Positions 19,991 to 29,730 of a DNA stretch of 48,818 bases are shown piece after piece (position 1 is the stretch's first letter; the number at the start of each line of letters is the position of its first letter). A model generated the notes under the pieces. It was not told where the DNA came from. It did not search any database and saw nothing but the letters and a program-made list of their open reading frames with translations. The translations under genes were made by a program, and so were the position numbers. The DNA comes from Candidatus Bipolaricaulota bacterium. GTDB taxonomy: Bacteria; Bipolaricaulota; Bipolaricaulia; UBA7950; UBA9294. Location: positions 1 through 48,818 of the forward strand of contig JBFMGK010000038.1 of NCBI GenBank assembly GCA_040752575.1. Direction: 5' to 3'.

Positions 19991-20734
19991 CTAGCCGGGG
20001 TCGAGCATGAGAAAACCGCGGCCGCGCCGGCTGTGCCACGCCACAAAGTCGTCGTCGGTCACGTGGTAAGCAATGAGGACCTCGACGGAGGTGTTCGGGA
20101 CGAGTTGCGTGTCCATCTCGTCGCCCGAGTCAAGCGGGATCATGAACTCGAGAATCGTATGTCCATCGGCTTCCGTCCCGGCGAACGTCCATACGTCGTC
20201 GCGACCGCCGAGCGCCGTGTCGGCGGCATGGCTTACCGGCCCCGTGCCGTAGTCGTCGCGTACCACCGCGCGGCCGTCGATGACGGCGCCCAAGATGTAG
20301 TTCGCGCCCTGCATTCGCGCCTCGGGAGCGAACCCGATCGCGAGATAGCCCGTGCCCGGGCTCACGAGCCCCACGCGCAGGACTCGTGCGTCGTTCGACC
20401 AGTAGATCTCGAACCCCGTGGACTCGGTCTGGTGAGGGTACTCGCCTTCGACGATCACCCCGTCGATGGCCGGGGTGAGCGGCGGAGTGGCCATAGCAGA
20501 GGCCGGAACCGAACTGGGCTCAGGGTCGGCCGCCAGCGGCGGCACCGACGCGGCCGCCGGCGGCGGCTCTGACGCGGTCGCCGACGCTGCGACGTCTTCG
20601 GCGACTGCGTTGGACTCGTCGAACGCGACGTCCTCTGGAGGTCCCGGAGAGAAGAGCCAGATCGCAAGACCGATCACGGCCAGCGCACCGACGATCCCCA
20701 GCAGGATGAGCCCCTCTTTCGACACCGACCACAT
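19991..20734 (-). CDS. Membrane-anchored DOMON domain protein
   Basis: RBS AAGGAGGT; N-terminal TM helix; Pro/Ala linker; GYLAIGF...MQGANYILG...EF.IPLDSGD...WHSRRG. Confidence 0.8.
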   Translation of the reverse strand: MWSVSKEGLILLGIVGALAVIGLAIWLFSPGPPEDVAFDESNAVAEDVAASATASEPPPAAASVPPLAADPEPSSVPASAMATPPLTPAIDGVIVEGEYPHQTESTGFEIYWSNDARVLRVGLVSPGTGYLAIGFAPEARMQGANYILGAVIDGRAVVRDDYGTGPVSHAADTALGGRDDVWTFAGTEADGHTILEFMIPLDSGDEMDTQLVPNTSVEVLIAYHVTDDDFVAWHSRRGRGFLMLDPG

Positions 20735-20849
20735 GGCGCCAACCTCCTTCGCACGCCGACCCGTCGATGTCACTCTAGTCATCTGGGACCCTTCCGGACA
20801 AACGCCTCGCGGCGTGGAGGCCGTCCACCGACGCGAGTAGACTCGGGAC

Positions 20850-22016
20850 ATGGACCAGCGAGGCTGGAGAGAAATGAGGTTTCTCGGAAGCCGCCCGGCA
20901 GCAAAGCGAGCGGCGCTTGCGGCCACGGCCGCTTTTTCCTTGCTGCTCGGCGGCTGCATGTTCCTGTTTCTGAATGAGTCCCCCGTGGCATGGTTCGAGG
21001 CCACGCCGCGCGAGGGCAACGCTCCGCTCGACGTCACGTTCGACGGCCGCTCGTCGTACGACCCCGACGGGCAACTCGTCGGGGGACGGTGGTCGTTCGG
21101 CGATGGGGAGTCGGCTACCGGGTTCCTCGTTGCGCACACGTACACCGCGCCGGGTCGATACGTCGTGAGCTTCGAGGTGGAGGATGACGAGGGCGCGAGC
21201 GGCGCGGCGACGGAGGAGATCGTCGTCCGGGGATCGACGAACTACGCGATCCTCGTGGGCATCGCGAGGTACTACCGCATGCCGCCTCTCTCGTACTCCG
21301 ACGACGACGCTGTGGCAATGGCGGCTCTCCTCGCCGGCGCGGCCGAGTGGGACGAGGAGCGAATCGCTCTGCTTCTGGACGGCGACGCGACGGCGGCGAG
21401 CCTCCGGCAAGCGTTGGCCTCTCTCGAGGCGGCAAGCGCCGAGGACACGCTCGTCTTCTTCTACTCGGGGCATGGGGCTCAGCGGCCCGAGCGGTGGCCG
21501 GGCGACGAAGCCGACGCCATGGACGAGGCGTTGTGCCTGTTCGACGCCGACCTGCTCGACGACGAACTCGCCGCGCTTCTGGCGGCCGTGCCAATGCGCC
21601 GCATCGTCGTCTTTCTCGACGCCTGCTACTCCGGTGGACAGCTCGACTCGCTCGGCGAAGCGGACAGCCTGCCGGATCTGGACTTTCTGACCGACCTTGC
21701 GCGCGCGGCGGCTCTTGCGCCGAAGGATCTTGACGGCACGGGGAAAGAGATCGTGGCGTTGTCCGCATCGCACCGTGACGAGCCCTCGTGGGAGTTCGGT
21801 AGCCTGGGCCATGGCGTGTTCACCTACGCGTTGCTCGAGGCGATGCGCGGCGGGGCCGACGCAAGCGGAAATCGCAACGGCTGGACGTCGGCCGAGGAGT
21901 GCCACCGGTACTTGGAACCGCGCGTCGCGGAGCTCGTGGCGATGCACGGCGGCTTCCAGCATCCCCAGATGCTCGACATGCATCCGGGTGAGCTCGAGTT
22001 CGTCTCCTCCCCGTAA
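20850..22016 (+). CDS. Lipoprotein PKD domain + caspase-family (C14) peptidase
   Basis: Lipobox LLGGC; PKD (APLDVTFDG..SYDPDG..WSFGDG..HTY..PGRY); YAILVGI, FFYSGHG, FLDACYSG and HGVFTYALL. Alternative start at 20874. Confidence 0.9.
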   Translation: MDQRGWREMRFLGSRPAAKRAALAATAAFSLLLGGCMFLFLNESPVAWFEATPREGNAPLDVTFDGRSSYDPDGQLVGGRWSFGDGESATGFLVAHTYTAPGRYVVSFEVEDDEGASGAATEEIVVRGSTNYAILVGIARYYRMPPLSYSDDDAVAMAALLAGAAEWDEERIALLLDGDATAASLRQALASLEAASAEDTLVFFYSGHGAQRPERWPGDEADAMDEALCLFDADLLDDELAALLAAVPMRRIVVFLDACYSGGQLDSLGEADSLPDLDFLTDLARAAALAPKDLDGTGKEIVALSASHRDEPSWEFGSLGHGVFTYALLEAMRGGADASGNRNGWTSAEECHRYLEPRVAELVAMHGGFQHPQMLDMHPGELEFVSSP

Positions 22017-22085
22017 GGCGACTCCATCTGGTCGAGCGGGTCCGCGCGGAGTAGAGTGGTCTCCCAAGCGCAAGGAGGGCCCTCG

Positions 22086-22706
22086 ATGAAGACGGCGTTG
22101 CTCATTCTTGTCTCGGTGGCGGTTGCGGCCGCCCTGGCCGTGTTCCTACTTGCGCCGTCGGCCGCGAACCCGGCGGCACTCGAAGCGGCACCCGGTGTCG
22201 CGCGGACATCCCCGGCGTATCCGAGCGTCGATGGAAAGGTGGACGAAGGGGAGTACGTAGGCAGACTCGACCTCGTAGGAGCCGAGTTGCTGTTCGCCAA
22301 CGACGCGACGACGCTGCGTCTCGCCGTCGTCGCGCCGGCCACAGGCTACGTTGCGGTCGGGCTCGAGCCCGAGACGATGATGCAGGGGGCGGACTTCCTC
22401 CTTGGCGCGGTGGTCGACGGCGTGACGGTGGCGCGCGACGACTGGGGAACCGGGCTCGTGAGCCACGCGGCCGATGTCGACCGCGAAGGGAGCGACGACC
22501 TCCTCGCGGCGGCCGGTGCGGAGTCCAACGGTGCGACGACGATCGAGTTCGCGATCCCGCTGGACTCGGGCGACCTGCGTGACCGCGTCTTGCGCCCGGG
22601 GCAGACCGTGAAGGTCTTGCTCGCTTTCCACGACCGGGAGGACAGCTTCTCGGCGCGGCATACGCGGCGCGCCTCAGGAACGATCACGCTCCAGGCGGCG
22701 CCGTAG
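22086..22706 (+). CDS. Secreted/anchored DOMON domain protein (paralogue of 19991..20734)
   Basis: RBS AAGGAGG; GYVAVGL..MMQGADFLLG..SHAAD..EFAIPLDSGD..RHTRR. Confidence 0.8.
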   Translation: MKTALLILVSVAVAAALAVFLLAPSAANPAALEAAPGVARTSPAYPSVDGKVDEGEYVGRLDLVGAELLFANDATTLRLAVVAPATGYVAVGLEPETMMQGADFLLGAVVDGVTVARDDWGTGLVSHAADVDREGSDDLLAAAGAESNGATTIEFAIPLDSGDLRDRVLRPGQTVKVLLAFHDREDSFSARHTRRASGTITLQAAP

Positions 22707-22793
22707 GCGAGGGCCTCGAGCTAAGAGGCTATAGGTGATGCTATAGGCAGGGGGCGGCGCAAGGCTATAATCGACAGGAGGAGGTTGGGCGAG

Positions 22794-23450
22794 ATGAAAC
22801 AAGGGGTCCGTTGGGCAATCGCGGGAATGGTGCTGGCGGCGTTACTGGCCGCAGGGGGCTGCAAGTTGCTGAACTCGCCGCCGGTGGCGAACTTCACGTG
22901 GAGTCCGATGGAGCCCCTTGCCAGAACCGAGGTTCGTTTCGAAAGCACGTCGACCGACACGGGCGGCCTGTTCGGGGGCGGCGGCATCGTCTCGTACAAC
23001 TGGGACTTCGACGACGGCGACTCGGCCAGCAGTGCGAATCCGAAGCACGAGTTCACCAAGAGCGGTGAGTACGACGTGACGCTCACGGTAACTGACGGCT
23101 CCGGAGCGAGCCACTCCGTGACGAAGCGTGTCGAGATCACGGCGAGTCTCGACGGGACGTGGCGGGGCTACATCGTCGACCCCGGCTTGCTCCAGACGGC
23201 GATGGACCTGGTGATCAACCACTCGGCGAGCGGCGGCATTCAGGGGACGGCGTACATGCTCCAGGCAACGCTCACGTGCAGCGGCATGTCGTTCAACCCG
23301 ACGACGAAGCAAGTGCGGTTCGATCTGGTCGACCTCGGCATCCGCCTTGACGGCACCCTGGACGCATCGGAGACGCGCATTCAAGGGAGTTGGTCCGTGC
23401 TGGGTGCTCCTCTCCAGGTCTTCACCTGGGACGTCCAATTGCAGAACTAG
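22794..23450 (+). CDS. PKD-domain lipoprotein
   Basis: TATAAT at 22766 and RBS AGGAGGAGG; lipobox AGGC; PVANF..WDFDDG..NPKHEF...GEYDVTLTVTD. Confidence 0.85.
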   Translation: MKQGVRWAIAGMVLAALLAAGGCKLLNSPPVANFTWSPMEPLARTEVRFESTSTDTGGLFGGGGIVSYNWDFDDGDSASSANPKHEFTKSGEYDVTLTVTDGSGASHSVTKRVEITASLDGTWRGYIVDPGLLQTAMDLVINHSASGGIQGTAYMLQATLTCSGMSFNPTTKQVRFDLVDLGIRLDGTLDASETRIQGSWSVLGAPLQVFTWDVQLQN

Positions 23451-23471
23451 ACCCGTCGCCCGACGGATCGA

Positions 23472-23507
23472 CGCAAGCGGCCCAAGCCTCGGCTGGGGCC
23501 GCTTGCG
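23472..23507 (+). terminator. GC-rich hairpin after PKD gene
   Basis: CGCAAGCGGCCC..GGGCCGCTTGCG inverted repeat. Confidence 0.6.
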
Positions 23508-23643
23508 CTTGGCCGCGAACGGCGCGCAGATGGCTGGCTCCCGACAGGCTTGCAGTGTAAGACACCAAGGCGCACCATGATCGTGATTGCTCCGACTTGG
23601 CGCGGAGTGCAAGCGGGGAAACCCGTCAGAGGAGGGATGACGG

Positions 23644-25731
23644 ATGGGGTGGGAGATGTTGGGCGTCGCTTCGGGTCTTGTGTCGATCGCGCTCGCTGTC
23701 GTTCTTTACGTCTGGGTCACGAAGCAGGACAGCGGGACCGAACGGATGAAGGACGTGGCGAAGGCGATTCAGGTGGGCGCGAAGGCCTATCTGCGGCGGC
23801 AGAACCGAACGCTGATCGCCTTTCTGGCGATCATGGCGCCGATCCTCGGCGTCCTCACTGCGTTCGGGTTGAGCCGCGATCCTGACTTGACCATTTCCGC
23901 AGCCGGGGTCGGCGTGGCGGTTGCCGTGGCCTACCTCGCAGGCGCTGCGGCGTCGACGGTCGCGGCATCCCTCGGGATGATGGCCGCCGTCCACGCCAAT
24001 GTGCGCACGGCGAACGCCTGCCGCAATGGCCTGAAGAAGGCATTCCCGGTGGCCTTCTACGGCGGCGCGGTCATGGGCCTCGGCATCGTCGGGATGGCGC
24101 TCATCGGTGTCAGCTTCATCTACTGGCTGACCGGCTCCGTGTTTGGGTGGCCCGAAGCCACGGCGGCAAACGTCGTTCTCGGTTTCAGCTTCGGCGCCAG
24201 CGCGTTGGCCCTGTTTGCGAAGGCCGGTGGCGGCATCTTCACCAAGACGGCCGACATCGCTGCGGATCTCGTGGGCAAGGTCGAGCTCGGCATCCCCGAG
24301 GATGACCCGCGCAATCCGGCCGTGATCGCCGACAACGTGGGCGACAACGTCGGCGACGTCGCCGGCATGGGCGCCGACCTCGTCGACTCCTACATTGCGG
24401 CGATCGTCGCGGCGATGATCCTCGGCGTTTCGATCGGCGGAGGCATCTTTGCCATGCTGCCGCTGATGATCTCGGCGATGGGGCTATTCGCGTCGATCGC
24501 CGGCATCCTGCTGGTTCGGACGTTCATGCGCAAGAGCCCCGGAGCGGCGCTGAACGCCGGCACCTACACTACGGCGCTGATCTTCGTTGCGCTGCTATTC
24601 GTCATCACGCGGTTTGCGGCCGGCCTTGAAGGCCATCAGTGGCTCGGCGTGTTCCTCCCAACGATCTCGGGCCTTGCGGCGGGGATCGTGATCGGCATGA
24701 CGACCGACTACTTCACGTCGATCGACCGCAAGCCGACCCTGCGCACGGCGGAAGCCGCCTCGCGGGGGGCGGCGATCAGTATCTTGACCGGGTTTTCGTA
24801 CGGACTTCTGAGCATGATCCCGTCGATCCTCGGGATCTGCGTCGCGATGTTCGGCGCATGGCGACTTGCCGAGGTCTTCGGCATCGACCCCTTCTACGGG
24901 ATCGCAGTGTCAGCCGTCGGCATGCTGTCGATCGCGGCGACGATCATCGCCGGCGATGCGTTCGGGCCGATCTCCGACAACGCGCGCGGGATCGCCGAAC
25001 AGGGCGCGCTCGGCAAGGACGCCCTCGAGATCGCCGATACGTTGGACGCCCAGGGCAATACGTCGAAGGCGGTGACGAAAGGGTTCGCGATCGGCGCGGC
25101 AGCGCTGACCGTGTTGGCCCTGTTCGCGGCCTACACGCATCTTGCCGACATCGACCTGACCCAGGGGATCAACCTGATCAGCTACCCGGTGATCATCGGG
25201 CTGTTCCTCGGTGCGATGATGCCCCCGGTCTTCTCGGCGCTGCTGATTCTCGCTGTCGGGAGGAACGCGGGACGCATGGTGGAGGAAGTCCGCCGCCAGT
25301 TCCGCGACATTCCGGGCTTGATGGAAGGGAAAGCGAAGCCCGACTACGCGAAGTGCGTCGACATGGCGACGCGCGGTGCGCTGCGCGAGCTTCTTCTGCC
25401 GTGCTCGCTCGCGCTCATTGTGCCGATTGCCGTGTTCCTCGTGCTCGGCAAGGAAGCGCTCGCCGGCTGCCTCGCGGGGAGCATCCTGACGGGGATCATC
25501 TTCGCCCTCTTGATGGCCAACTCGGGCGGCGCGTGGGACAACGCGAAGAAGTACGTCGAGACGGGGGCCTTCGGCGGGAAGGGCTCCGAGGCCCACAAGG
25601 CAGCTGTGACCGGCGACACCGTAGGCGACCCGTTCAAGGACACGGCCGGACCTTCGCTCAACACGATGATCACGGTGATGTCCCTGGTTGCGGAGGTCTT
25701 CGTCCCCGTTCTCCTTCTTCTCGGCCTCTAG
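23644..25731 (+). CDS. hppA: Membrane-bound ion-translocating pyrophosphatase, K+-independent type
   Basis: GGGIFTK.AD..ADLVGKVE.GIPEDDPRNPAVIADNVGDNVGD; GNTSKA (Lys at the K+-determining site); GGAWDNAKKY; GDTVGDPFKDTAGP. Confidence 0.95.
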   Translation: MGWEMLGVASGLVSIALAVVLYVWVTKQDSGTERMKDVAKAIQVGAKAYLRRQNRTLIAFLAIMAPILGVLTAFGLSRDPDLTISAAGVGVAVAVAYLAGAAASTVAASLGMMAAVHANVRTANACRNGLKKAFPVAFYGGAVMGLGIVGMALIGVSFIYWLTGSVFGWPEATAANVVLGFSFGASALALFAKAGGGIFTKTADIAADLVGKVELGIPEDDPRNPAVIADNVGDNVGDVAGMGADLVDSYIAAIVAAMILGVSIGGGIFAMLPLMISAMGLFASIAGILLVRTFMRKSPGAALNAGTYTTALIFVALLFVITRFAAGLEGHQWLGVFLPTISGLAAGIVIGMTTDYFTSIDRKPTLRTAEAASRGAAISILTGFSYGLLSMIPSILGICVAMFGAWRLAEVFGIDPFYGIAVSAVGMLSIAATIIAGDAFGPISDNARGIAEQGALGKDALEIADTLDAQGNTSKAVTKGFAIGAAALTVLALFAAYTHLADIDLTQGINLISYPVIIGLFLGAMMPPVFSALLILAVGRNAGRMVEEVRRQFRDIPGLMEGKAKPDYAKCVDMATRGALRELLLPCSLALIVPIAVFLVLGKEALAGCLAGSILTGIIFALLMANSGGAWDNAKKYVETGAFGGKGSEAHKAAVTGDTVGDPFKDTAGPSLNTMITVMSLVAEVFVPVLLLLGL

Positions 25732-25769
25732 ACGAGACGATCCTCAATGCAGTAAGGGGTGAACCCAGC

Positions 25770-28586
25770 ATGCCTGAGATACAGAAGAAGGCCGTCTGGC
25801 ACACGCTCGCGGCGAGCGAGACGGCCCAGGCCCTGGAGACGGACGCGGGTGCCGGACTCACGGCGGGCGAAGCGGCGGCCCGTCTTGCTGCCTATGGCCC
25901 CAATGCACTGCCCGAATCGCCGCCGACGCCGTTTTGGAGGCGATTGGTTGGGCAGCTGCGGGGGTTTGTCGTCCTCATCTTGATTGCCGCGGCGGTCATC
26001 TCGACGGTGGTGTACTTCATCGAACCCGAGCCTCTTGGATGGCTGGACTCGGTTGTCATCGTCGCGATCATCGTCCTCAATGCGTTCGTCGGGGCTCTCC
26101 AGGACAGCCGCGCCGAGAAGGCGCTCCAGAGCCTCAAACAGATGGCCGCTCCAGAGGCCCAGGTGCTGCGCGACGGGCAGCGCACGACGGTTCGGGCGCG
26201 AGACCTCGTGCCGGGCGACGTCGTGCTGCTCGAGGCAGGGACCATCGTTCCCGCCGACCTGCGCCTCGTCGAATCTCCGCAGATGCGCGTCGACGAGTCG
26301 TCGCTGACGGGCGAGTCCGTGCCGGTCGAAAAGCACGCCGAAGCTTCCCTGGCAGCCGCGACCGGGATCGCCGATCGCTCCAACTGCGCTTTCCTCGGGA
26401 CCACGGTTGTCTACGGTCGCGGACGCGGGATCGTCGTGGGAACCGGCGCCGACACGCAACTCGGCGAGATTGCCGAGATGATCGAAGAGCAACAAGAGGA
26501 GACGCCCCTCCAGCGGAAGCTCGAGGAGTTCGGCCGCATCCTCGGGACGATCATTCTCGTGGTCTGTGCGATCGTGTTCGTTCTCGAAATCGTACGCGAT
26601 CCGAACGTTCATCTGATCTGGGATGAGGGGCTCGGCGCGTACCTGCGGACGGGGGCGGGGGATCTGATCCGCTTCTTCATGGTCGCGGTCAGCCTGGCCG
26701 TCGCTGCGGTTCCGGAGGGTTTGCCGGCGATCGTGACGATGTGCCTCGCGCTCGGAACGCGGGAAATGCTTCGCCGCCATGCCCTTGTGCGCCGGCTGCC
26801 CTCTGTCGAGACGCTCGGCTCGGCCACCGTCATCTGCACCGACAAGACGGGAACGTTGACCCAGAACCAGATGACCGTGACAAGCGTCTGGGCGGGGCGA
26901 GAGACGTTCGACGTGACAGGCCGGGGGTACGATCCGAGCGGGGAGTTCACCCGCAGCGGCGGCGCGCGGGCGTCGGCCGACCACCCGGTTCTGCGCCGTG
27001 CGCTCTGGGCGGCAGCGCTCTGCAACGACGCGGAGCTGCGCAACGATGCCAAGGGCTGGCGCGTCGTGGGCGACCCTACGGAGGGGGCTCTCGTCGTCGC
27101 CGCGGCCAAGGGCGGTGTGATGCGCGAGACGGCGGCCGCGGCGAGTCCGCGAGTCACCGAGATCCCGTTCGACTCCGACCGCAAGAGAATGACGACGGTG
27201 CACAAGGCAGTCGGTACGCCGTTCGAGGGCGACGGGCGACACGTGGCTCTCGTGAAGGGGGCTCCCGACGTTCTGCTCGGGTTGTGTGCCCGGATCGAGG
27301 GGCCCGGCGGACCGACGTCGATGGACGCTGCGGCGCGGGCCGAGACGCAGAGGGCGAACGACGCGATGGCTTCGCAGGGGCTGCGCGTGCTGGCGGTTGC
27401 GTATCGAGCCTTTGACGCGTTGCCCGACGAGGTGCGGCCCGAGACCGCCGAGCACGACCTCGCGCTCCTGGGTCTGCTCGGGATGCAGGATCCGCCGAGG
27501 CCCGAGGTCGCCGACGCGATTGACAAGGCCCGCGAGGCCGGGCTGCGCACGATCATGATCACGGGAGACCATGTGGCCACGGCTGAAGCGATCGCCCACC
27601 AGATCGGACTCCTGCGGCCGGACGGGCGCGTTGTCTCGGGCGCCGAGATGGACAAGATGGCCGAAGGGCAGTTGGCGAGGGAGATCGACGGGATCGACGT
27701 GTTTGCGCGGGTGTCCCCGCACCACAAGGTCGAGATCGTCGAGGCCCTGAGGTCCAACGGCGAGGTCGTCGCGATGACCGGCGACGGCGTGAACGACGCG
27801 CCGGCCCTGAAGCGGGCGGACATCGGCGTGGCAATGGGCATTGCCGGGACCGACGTCGCGAAGAACACGGCGGACATGGTGCTGACCGACGACAATTACG
27901 CCTCGATCGTTGCGGCCGTCGAGCAGGGTCGGATCATCTACTCCAACATCCGCAAGACGGTGTATTACCTCCTGTCGTGCAACTTCGCCGAGGTGGCGAT
28001 CATCTTCGGGGCGATCCTCATCGGATGGCCTGCCCCTCTGACGGCAATCCAGCTTCTCTGGTTGAACCTGCTGACCGACGGCGCGCCGGCCCTCGCCCTG
28101 GGGCTGGAGCATGGCGAGCCGGACATCATGAGTCGGCGGCCGCGTTCGCCGCGGGAGCGGATCATCAACCGCGACATGGCGAGGGGAATCCTTTACCAGG
28201 CCGGAGCTCTCACCGCGGCCGTGCTTGGAGTCTACGCCCTGGGCCTCTACGCTCAGGGCGCCTTGCACGAAGACGCGATGACGATCGCGTTCACGACGCT
28301 CGTCCTGGCGGAACTGGTTCGCGCCTACACGGCGCGGTCGGAGAACGTGCCGCTCTATCGCATCGGGTTCTTCACGAACCGAGCCATGCAGTGGGCCGTG
28401 CTCGTGTCCCTCGTGCTCCTCGCGGCGGTCTTGTACGTTCCGGGGCTGCAGAAGGCGTTCGACACGAAGACCCTGCCGGGGAGCCTGTGGATCTACATTG
28501 CGCCGCTCGCTTTCGTCCCGGCGCTCGTCGTGGAGATCCGCAAGATCGTCCTCTCGTGGCGCGGCGGAAGGGCGAAGAGCGCCTAG
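25770..28586 (+). CDS. Cation-transporting P-type ATPase, type IIA (Ca2+-like)
   Basis: [36 protein letters not shown] and QLLW.NL.TD motifs; true start MPEIQKK. Confidence 0.95.
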   Translation: MPEIQKKAVWHTLAASETAQALETDAGAGLTAGEAAARLAAYGPNALPESPPTPFWRRLVGQLRGFVVLILIAAAVISTVVYFIEPEPLGWLDSVVIVAIIVLNAFVGALQDSRAEKALQSLKQMAAPEAQVLRDGQRTTVRARDLVPGDVVLLEAGTIVPADLRLVESPQMRVDESSLTGESVPVEKHAEASLAAATGIADRSNCAFLGTTVVYGRGRGIVVGTGADTQLGEIAEMIEEQQEETPLQRKLEEFGRILGTIILVVCAIVFVLEIVRDPNVHLIWDEGLGAYLRTGAGDLIRFFMVAVSLAVAAVPEGLPAIVTMCLALGTREMLRRHALVRRLPSVETLGSATVICTDKTGTLTQNQMTVTSVWAGRETFDVTGRGYDPSGEFTRSGGARASADHPVLRRALWAAALCNDAELRNDAKGWRVVGDPTEGALVVAAAKGGVMRETAAAASPRVTEIPFDSDRKRMTTVHKAVGTPFEGDGRHVALVKGAPDVLLGLCARIEGPGGPTSMDAAARAETQRANDAMASQGLRVLAVAYRAFDALPDEVRPETAEHDLALLGLLGMQDPPRPEVADAIDKAREAGLRTIMITGDHVATAEAIAHQIGLLRPDGRVVSGAEMDKMAEGQLAREIDGIDVFARVSPHHKVEIVEALRSNGEVVAMTGDGVNDAPALKRADIGVAMGIAGTDVAKNTADMVLTDDNYASIVAAVEQGRIIYSNIRKTVYYLLSCNFAEVAIIFGAILIGWPAPLTAIQLLWLNLLTDGAPALALGLEHGEPDIMSRRPRSPRERIINRDMARGILYQAGALTAAVLGVYALGLYAQGALHEDAMTIAFTTLVLAELVRAYTARSENVPLYRIGFFTNRAMQWAVLVSLVLLAAVLYVPGLQKAFDTKTLPGSLWIYIAPLAFVPALVVEIRKIVLSWRGGRAKSA

Positions 28587-28725
28587 CTAGGGATCGCAGA
28601 TCGAGCTAGCGGCAGGCCGCGTCGGCGGCCTCCCGTCGCTCTGCTGGACGTTGGGCGAAGCGAGCGCTACGATCAAGTTTTCCGCTGCTACGTCGTAGCG
28701 CGGTCACCTTTCCAGCGGAGGGCTT

Positions 28726-29730
28726 ATGCCGGAGTTCGCGATTCGGACGGAAGACCTGCGCCGTATCTTTCGAGCCAAGCGGCGCGAGGCGAAAAAGGGC
28801 AAGCGAGAGGTCGTCGCCCTCGACGGGGTTTCGCTCGAGGTCGGCCGCGGCGAGTTGTTCGGCGTCCTGGGCCCGAATGGCGCCGGCAAGACGACAACGA
28901 TCAAGATCCTAGCCACCTTGCTCTCTCCGACCTCGGGGCGAGCCTGGGTTGCCGGCGTCGACGTCGTGTCCGACCCGAAGGGCGTTCGCCGGCACATCGG
29001 GATGGTGTCGGGGGGCGAGACCTCGGGCTACGGACTTCTGACCGTGGAAGAGAATCTATGGATGTTCTCGCAGTTCTACGGTATGGAGACGCGCGCTGCG
29101 CGCGCCCGCATCAAAGAGTTGCTGGCCGTTGTGGGACTGGCCGACCGATCTCGAACCAAGATCTACCACCTCTCGACGGGCATGCGCCAGAAGATGAACT
29201 TCGTGCGGGGTTTCCTCACCGACCCGGAGATCCTCTTCCTCGACGAACCCACGCTCGGCCTCGACGTTCAGACAGCGCACACGCTGCGCGGTTTCGTGGC
29301 CGGTTGGCTGAGAGAGCATCCCGATCGGACGATTCTGCTCACGACCCACGCAATGCACGAGGCCGACGAGATGTGCAACCGTGTCGCGATCATCGACAAG
29401 GGGAAGATTCTCGCCTGTGAGACTCCGGCGGCGCTCAAGCGTACGCTGAAGCGCGAAGCGATCGTGCGTCTACGCATTGCCGGGCTCGGCGACGCGCGGG
29501 GGACGCTCGAGGCGGTGCCGAGCGTCAAGCGATGCACGCAGGTGCCACGCGACGATTGCGTCGAGGCGGATCTGATCCTCTCGAGCGACGCAGGACTCAC
29601 GAGCGTGCTCGTCGCCGTGGAGAGCAGCGGGGGACGTCTTGTCTCGCTCGAGAAGCGCGAACCGACGCTCGAGGACGTGTTCTTGGAGGTCGTGGGGCAG
29701 GGATTCGCGGAGCGGGAGGGCGCAGCATGA
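28726..29730 (+). CDS. ABC-2 type exporter ATP-binding subunit
   Basis: GPNGAGKTT, LSTGMRQK, FLDEPTLGLD, LTTH and PTLEDVF motifs. Confidence 0.93.
   Translation: MPEFAIRTEDLRRIFRAKRREAKKGKREVVALDGVSLEVGRGELFGVLGPNGAGKTTTIKILATLLSPTSGRAWVAGVDVVSDPKGVRRHIGMVSGGETSGYGLLTVEENLWMFSQFYGMETRAARARIKELLAVVGLADRSRTKIYHLSTGMRQKMNFVRGFLTDPEILFLDEPTLGLDVQTAHTLRGFVAGWLREHPDRTILLTTHAMHEADEMCNRVAIIDKGKILACETPAALKRTLKREAIVRLRIAGLGDARGTLEAVPSVKRCTQVPRDDCVEADLILSSDAGLTSVLVAVESSGGRLVSLEKREPTLEDVFLEVVGQGFAEREGAA

Noticed and set aside
20850..22016. Caspase as part of an anti-phage system (gasdermin, CBASS, type III CRISPR, CHAT)
   Set aside because: No gasdermin, cyclase, NLR/TIR or cas genes nearby, and the protein carries an export signal.
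24639..28586. Apparent 1315-aa P-type ATPase with long N-terminal extension
   Set aside because: The extension is a shadow frame of hppA; the real start is 25770.
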